This document shows positions 46,465 through 48,734 of a stretch of DNA of 48,734 nt, piece after piece (position 1 is the first letter of the stretch; every line of letters begins with the position of its first letter). Below the pieces are notes generated by a model that was not told where the DNA came from, ran no database searches, and was given only the letters and a program-made list of their open reading frames with translations. Both the position numbers and the translations under genes were made by a program. This DNA comes from Chloroflexota bacterium (GTDB lineage: Bacteria; Chloroflexota; Dehalococcoidia; Bin125), in NCBI GenBank assembly GCA_026707335.1, contig JAPOXB010000075.1, forward strand, positions 1-48,734, written 5' to 3'.

Positions 46465-47622
46465 GTGACTGCCGCGACCGCCCTGCAGAGACGCCCTCAC
46501 GGCCGCCGGATCACCTGCCCGGAGGGTTACCGTGCCTATGTCCCCGCCCCGCTCCCGCCGCCGCTCGCCTGGGACGGGGATCTCACCGCCGCCCTGTCCG
46601 ACGCCGACCGCACGGTCGGCGCCCTCGCCGGCGAGGGGCGCCGCCTGCCCAACCCCTACCTCGTGATCCGTCCCTTCGTGCGCCAGGAGGCGGTGCTGTC
46701 CAGCCGGATCGAGGGGATGCAGGCGACGCTCGGGGAGGTGATGATCGCCGAGGCGGCCGCGCCGTATCACGCCGGCGCCGACGACGTGCAGGAGGTGGGC
46801 AACTACGTCACCGCCCTGGAATACGGCCTTCGTCGGCTCGAGGCCCTGCCCCTCTCGCTTCGCCTCGTGCGCGAACTGCACGAGCGACTCATGCGCGGCG
46901 TCCGCGGCGACATCGCCGCCCCGGGGGAGTTCCGCCGCACGCAGAACTGGATCGGGCGGCCCGGCCGCACGCTGAACGATGCGTCGTTCGTGCCGCCGCC
47001 GCCGGCGGAGTTGATGTCCTGTCTCGGCGCCTGGGAGGGCTACCTGCACGACGACGCACTGCCGCCGCTGGTGCATGCGGCGCTGATCCATGCCCAGTTC
47101 GAGGCCATCCACCCCTTCCTCGACGGCAACGGCCGCGTGGGTCGCCTGCTGATCACGCTGCTGCTCGTGGAGCGGGACGTGCTGCCCGCCCCGCTGCTCT
47201 ACCTCAGCGCCTACTTCGAGGCGACGCGCGATGAGTACTACGCCCGCCTGTTGGGCGTCACCGATCGGGGCGAGTGGGAGGAGTGGCTGACCTACTTCCT
47301 GCGCGGCGTCGCGCTCCAGTCGCAGGACGCGCTGAACCGCATCCGCCGTATCGACGACCTGCTCGCGGAATGGAAGCGCGGACTGGGCCCCGGCCGCTCC
47401 CGCCTGCCCCACCGCGCCATCGACCTGTTCGCCGAGAACCCCTACTGGACGGTCGGAGGTCTGGCTCGGCGTCTCGGCGTCGCCTTCACGACGGCCCAGC
47501 GGTCGATCGACCGCCTCGAGGCGGCGGGCGTCGTCGCCCGCGTCGGCGAGGCCCGCCGCAACCGCCTCTACTGCGCCGAGGCCCTCCTGCGCACGCTGGA
47601 GGAGGGACTCGGCGGCCACTAG
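46465..47622 (+). CDS. fic: Fic-family protein (AMPylase-type; class II, with an N-terminal inhibitory helix)
   Basis: The Fic motif is HPFLDGNGRVGRLL. The inhibitory motif (S/T)xxxE(G/N) is present as SSRIEG. The C-terminus looks like a winged helix (TTAQRSIDRLEAAGVV). Confidence 0.9.
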   Translation: MTAATALQRRPHGRRITCPEGYRAYVPAPLPPPLAWDGDLTAALSDADRTVGALAGEGRRLPNPYLVIRPFVRQEAVLSSRIEGMQATLGEVMIAEAAAPYHAGADDVQEVGNYVTALEYGLRRLEALPLSLRLVRELHERLMRGVRGDIAAPGEFRRTQNWIGRPGRTLNDASFVPPPPAELMSCLGAWEGYLHDDALPPLVHAALIHAQFEAIHPFLDGNGRVGRLLITLLLVERDVLPAPLLYLSAYFEATRDEYYARLLGVTDRGEWEEWLTYFLRGVALQSQDALNRIRRIDDLLAEWKRGLGPGRSRLPHRAIDLFAENPYWTVGGLARRLGVAFTTAQRSIDRLEAAGVVARVGEARRNRLYCAEALLRTLEEGLGGH

Positions 47623-47637
47623 GCGCCGGCAACCAAA

Positions 47638-47668
47638 ACGAGCCGCTTCCGAGGGGAAAGCGGCTCGT
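47638..47668 (-). terminator. Strong hairpin (11-bp stem, 9-nt loop) with the U-tract on the minus-strand side
   Basis: ACGAGCCGCTT (47638-47648) pairs with AAGCGGCTCGT (47658-47668). On the minus strand it is followed by TTTGGTTG. It lies 16 nt after the fic stop, so it may act bidirectionally. Confidence 0.5.
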
Positions 47669-47923
47669 AATGGTCAGGAGGGCGACGCGACCGAGTCGGC
47701 ATCTCCCGCGGCGCGGGGCCGCGGGATCGGCGGGCGGGGTGACGGTACTGCTCGGTCCCGTCTGCGATGGCCCTCCTGAGAGACGGAACGTCGCTTCGCG
47801 TCGTATGGTTCCCGTCGCATCGACGCGCCGGATACAGAGCGACATAACGATTGAGGAGCCACCGAGCGGGCGCCCCCGCCGGGTCCTCCCGGGCCGCCGG
47901 GTCGGATGGAGGGGGATCGCCGG

Positions 47924-48322
47924 TCAGGCCGGGGGCGTGATCACTTCGCAGGCCGGGCCGGGAGCCCGCCCGAGCCGCCGGTCCAGCGTCAGCAGCGGGC
48001 AATCGAGCGCCTCGGCCAGGGCGACGTACCAGGCGTCGTAACTTGTCAGTGTGCTCCGCAGCGCCCACACGCGGTCGGCGAAGGGCCCGAACGGGAACAA
48101 CTCCAGGGGCAGGCGCAGCAGGTCGCGCTGCGCACGCAAGGCATTGCCGGACGTAATCCGCCCGCCCAACTCCATGCGGCGCAGGGTGTTGCTCGCCTCG
48201 GCCAGCGCCAGTTCCGGGCCCGCGAGCGTGTCGCTGGCGACCCGGGATTCCGCCCAGCGACCGTCGCGCCCCGAGTCGACCAGGGCGGCGACGAGCAGGG
48301 ACGCGTCGGCGACCACTTTCAC
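47924..48322 (-). CDS. vapC: PIN-domain toxin VapC
   Basis: (M)KVVADASLLVAAL.. has the first acidic PIN residue. ..SYDAWYVALAEAL..LLTLDRRL has the later ones. The GTG start overlaps the vapB stop (GTGA). Confidence 0.85.
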   Translation of the reverse strand: MKVVADASLLVAALVDSGRDGRWAESRVASDTLAGPELALAEASNTLRRMELGGRITSGNALRAQRDLLRLPLELFPFGPFADRVWALRSTLTSYDAWYVALAEALDCPLLTLDRRLGRAPGPACEVITPPA

Positions 48323-48555
48323 TTGCGGTCCGCATGGATGTGGCGCAGGATCTCCGCCGCCGACACCCGCGTCGGCTCGGCGGCCTTGCGCTCCCGGACC
48401 TCCGCCAGCCAGTCCGCGGCGGAGGGCTGGTTGGCGATCCGCTCCAATTCATCGCGCAGGAACGCCTGCATCGACTGACTCCGCCGCGCCGCCCGCGCGG
48501 CCAGCGTGTCGCGGACCTCTTCGGGCACGCCCCTGATCGTGATCTGCACCGGCAT
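48319..48555 (-). CDS. vapB: VapB-type antitoxin (ribbon-helix-helix/Arc-like), 78 aa
   Basis: MPVQITIRGVPEEVRDTLAARAARRSQSMQAFLRDEL is a typical RHH antitoxin N-terminus. It is coupled to vapC. The ATG at 48555 was chosen inside the longer track ORF. Confidence 0.75.
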   Translation of the reverse strand: MPVQITIRGVPEEVRDTLAARAARRSQSMQAFLRDELERIANQPSAADWLAEVRERKAAEPTRVSAAEILRHIHADRK

Positions 48556-48561
48556 GACAGC

Positions 48562-48590
48562 ATAATGACAGCGTTGCCAGCAAAATGCAA
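48562..48590 (-). promoter_or_regulatory. Promoter candidate for vapBC (TTGCAT - 17 bp - CATTAT), predicting a leaderless mRNA
   Basis: On the minus strand the -35 is at 48585-48590 and the -10 at 48562-48567. The A of the vapB ATG (48555) lies 7 nt after the -10, and no SD is present. Confidence 0.35.
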
Positions 48591-48734
48591 GCACGCCCGA
48601 CGGCGCCGTATCCGTTTGGTGTGATGCTCCCTCTCGTCTTCGACCCGGCCCGGCGCGGCCTGGATTCCCGTCCCCCAACTTGGGGATTATATGCGTGAGT
48701 ACCCCGCCTTGATTGCGGCGGGGGGAGCGGCTAG

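Noticed and set aside
47674-47862. Small ORFs (62 aa and 119 aa, minus strand) downstream of vapC, considered as a third toxin-antitoxin component.
   Set aside because: They have no SD, an Arg/Pro/Ser-rich composition and no recognisable fold signature. The region is better explained as UTR or structured RNA.
48690-48734. Two short hairpins (CCCCAA/TTGGGG and CCCCGCC/GGCGGGG) at the window edge.
   Set aside because: They are too close to the end of the window to interpret. The stems are short and GC-rich, so they are likely chance or part of an upstream feature that lies outside the window.

Overview
High-GC (about 70% by eye) bacterial chromosomal window with about 37 supportable protein genes. 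I found no rRNA, tRNA, CRISPR array, transposase or integrase. The housekeeping genes are secD(partial)-secF, selB, hemW/aspS, a Dpp/Opp-type ABC importer (binding protein plus two permeases), tig-clpP-clpX, tlyA-nadK, a GNAT, two Nudix hydrolases, a HAD hydrolase, a quinone oxidoreductase, and a three-gene succinate dehydrogenase with an HdrB-like third subunit. The dominant feature is a 17.4 kb tandem array (9415-26794, + strand) of six paralogous genes, plus a seventh copy on the minus strand at 29943-31676. All seven encode signal-peptide-bearing proteins built from 1-4 self-contained, cysteine-capped solenoids of 24-residue plant-type leucine-rich repeats. My hand count is 19 modules and about 161 canonical repeats. 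The family shows module shuffling and recent duplication, including a 188-bp perfect repeat and a 144-bp internal duplication. Each gene has a conserved leader, SD and GTG start. This is my main candidate for an undescribed system: a diversified secreted LRR binding-protein repertoire. Other accessory signals are: a single-gene island of about 55% GC encoding a GHKL/HSP90-like ATPase with a possible C-terminal nuclease-like region (4734-6665); a 9-unit 10-bp tandem array ending in a 14-bp palindrome downstream of selB (2407-2502); and a Fic plus VapBC patch at the 3' end. Many long ORFs in the six-frame track are off-frame or antisense high-GC artefacts, and I did not annotate them. Start codons are my best choices from SD and homology logic. 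Nothing here was computed or searched against databases.
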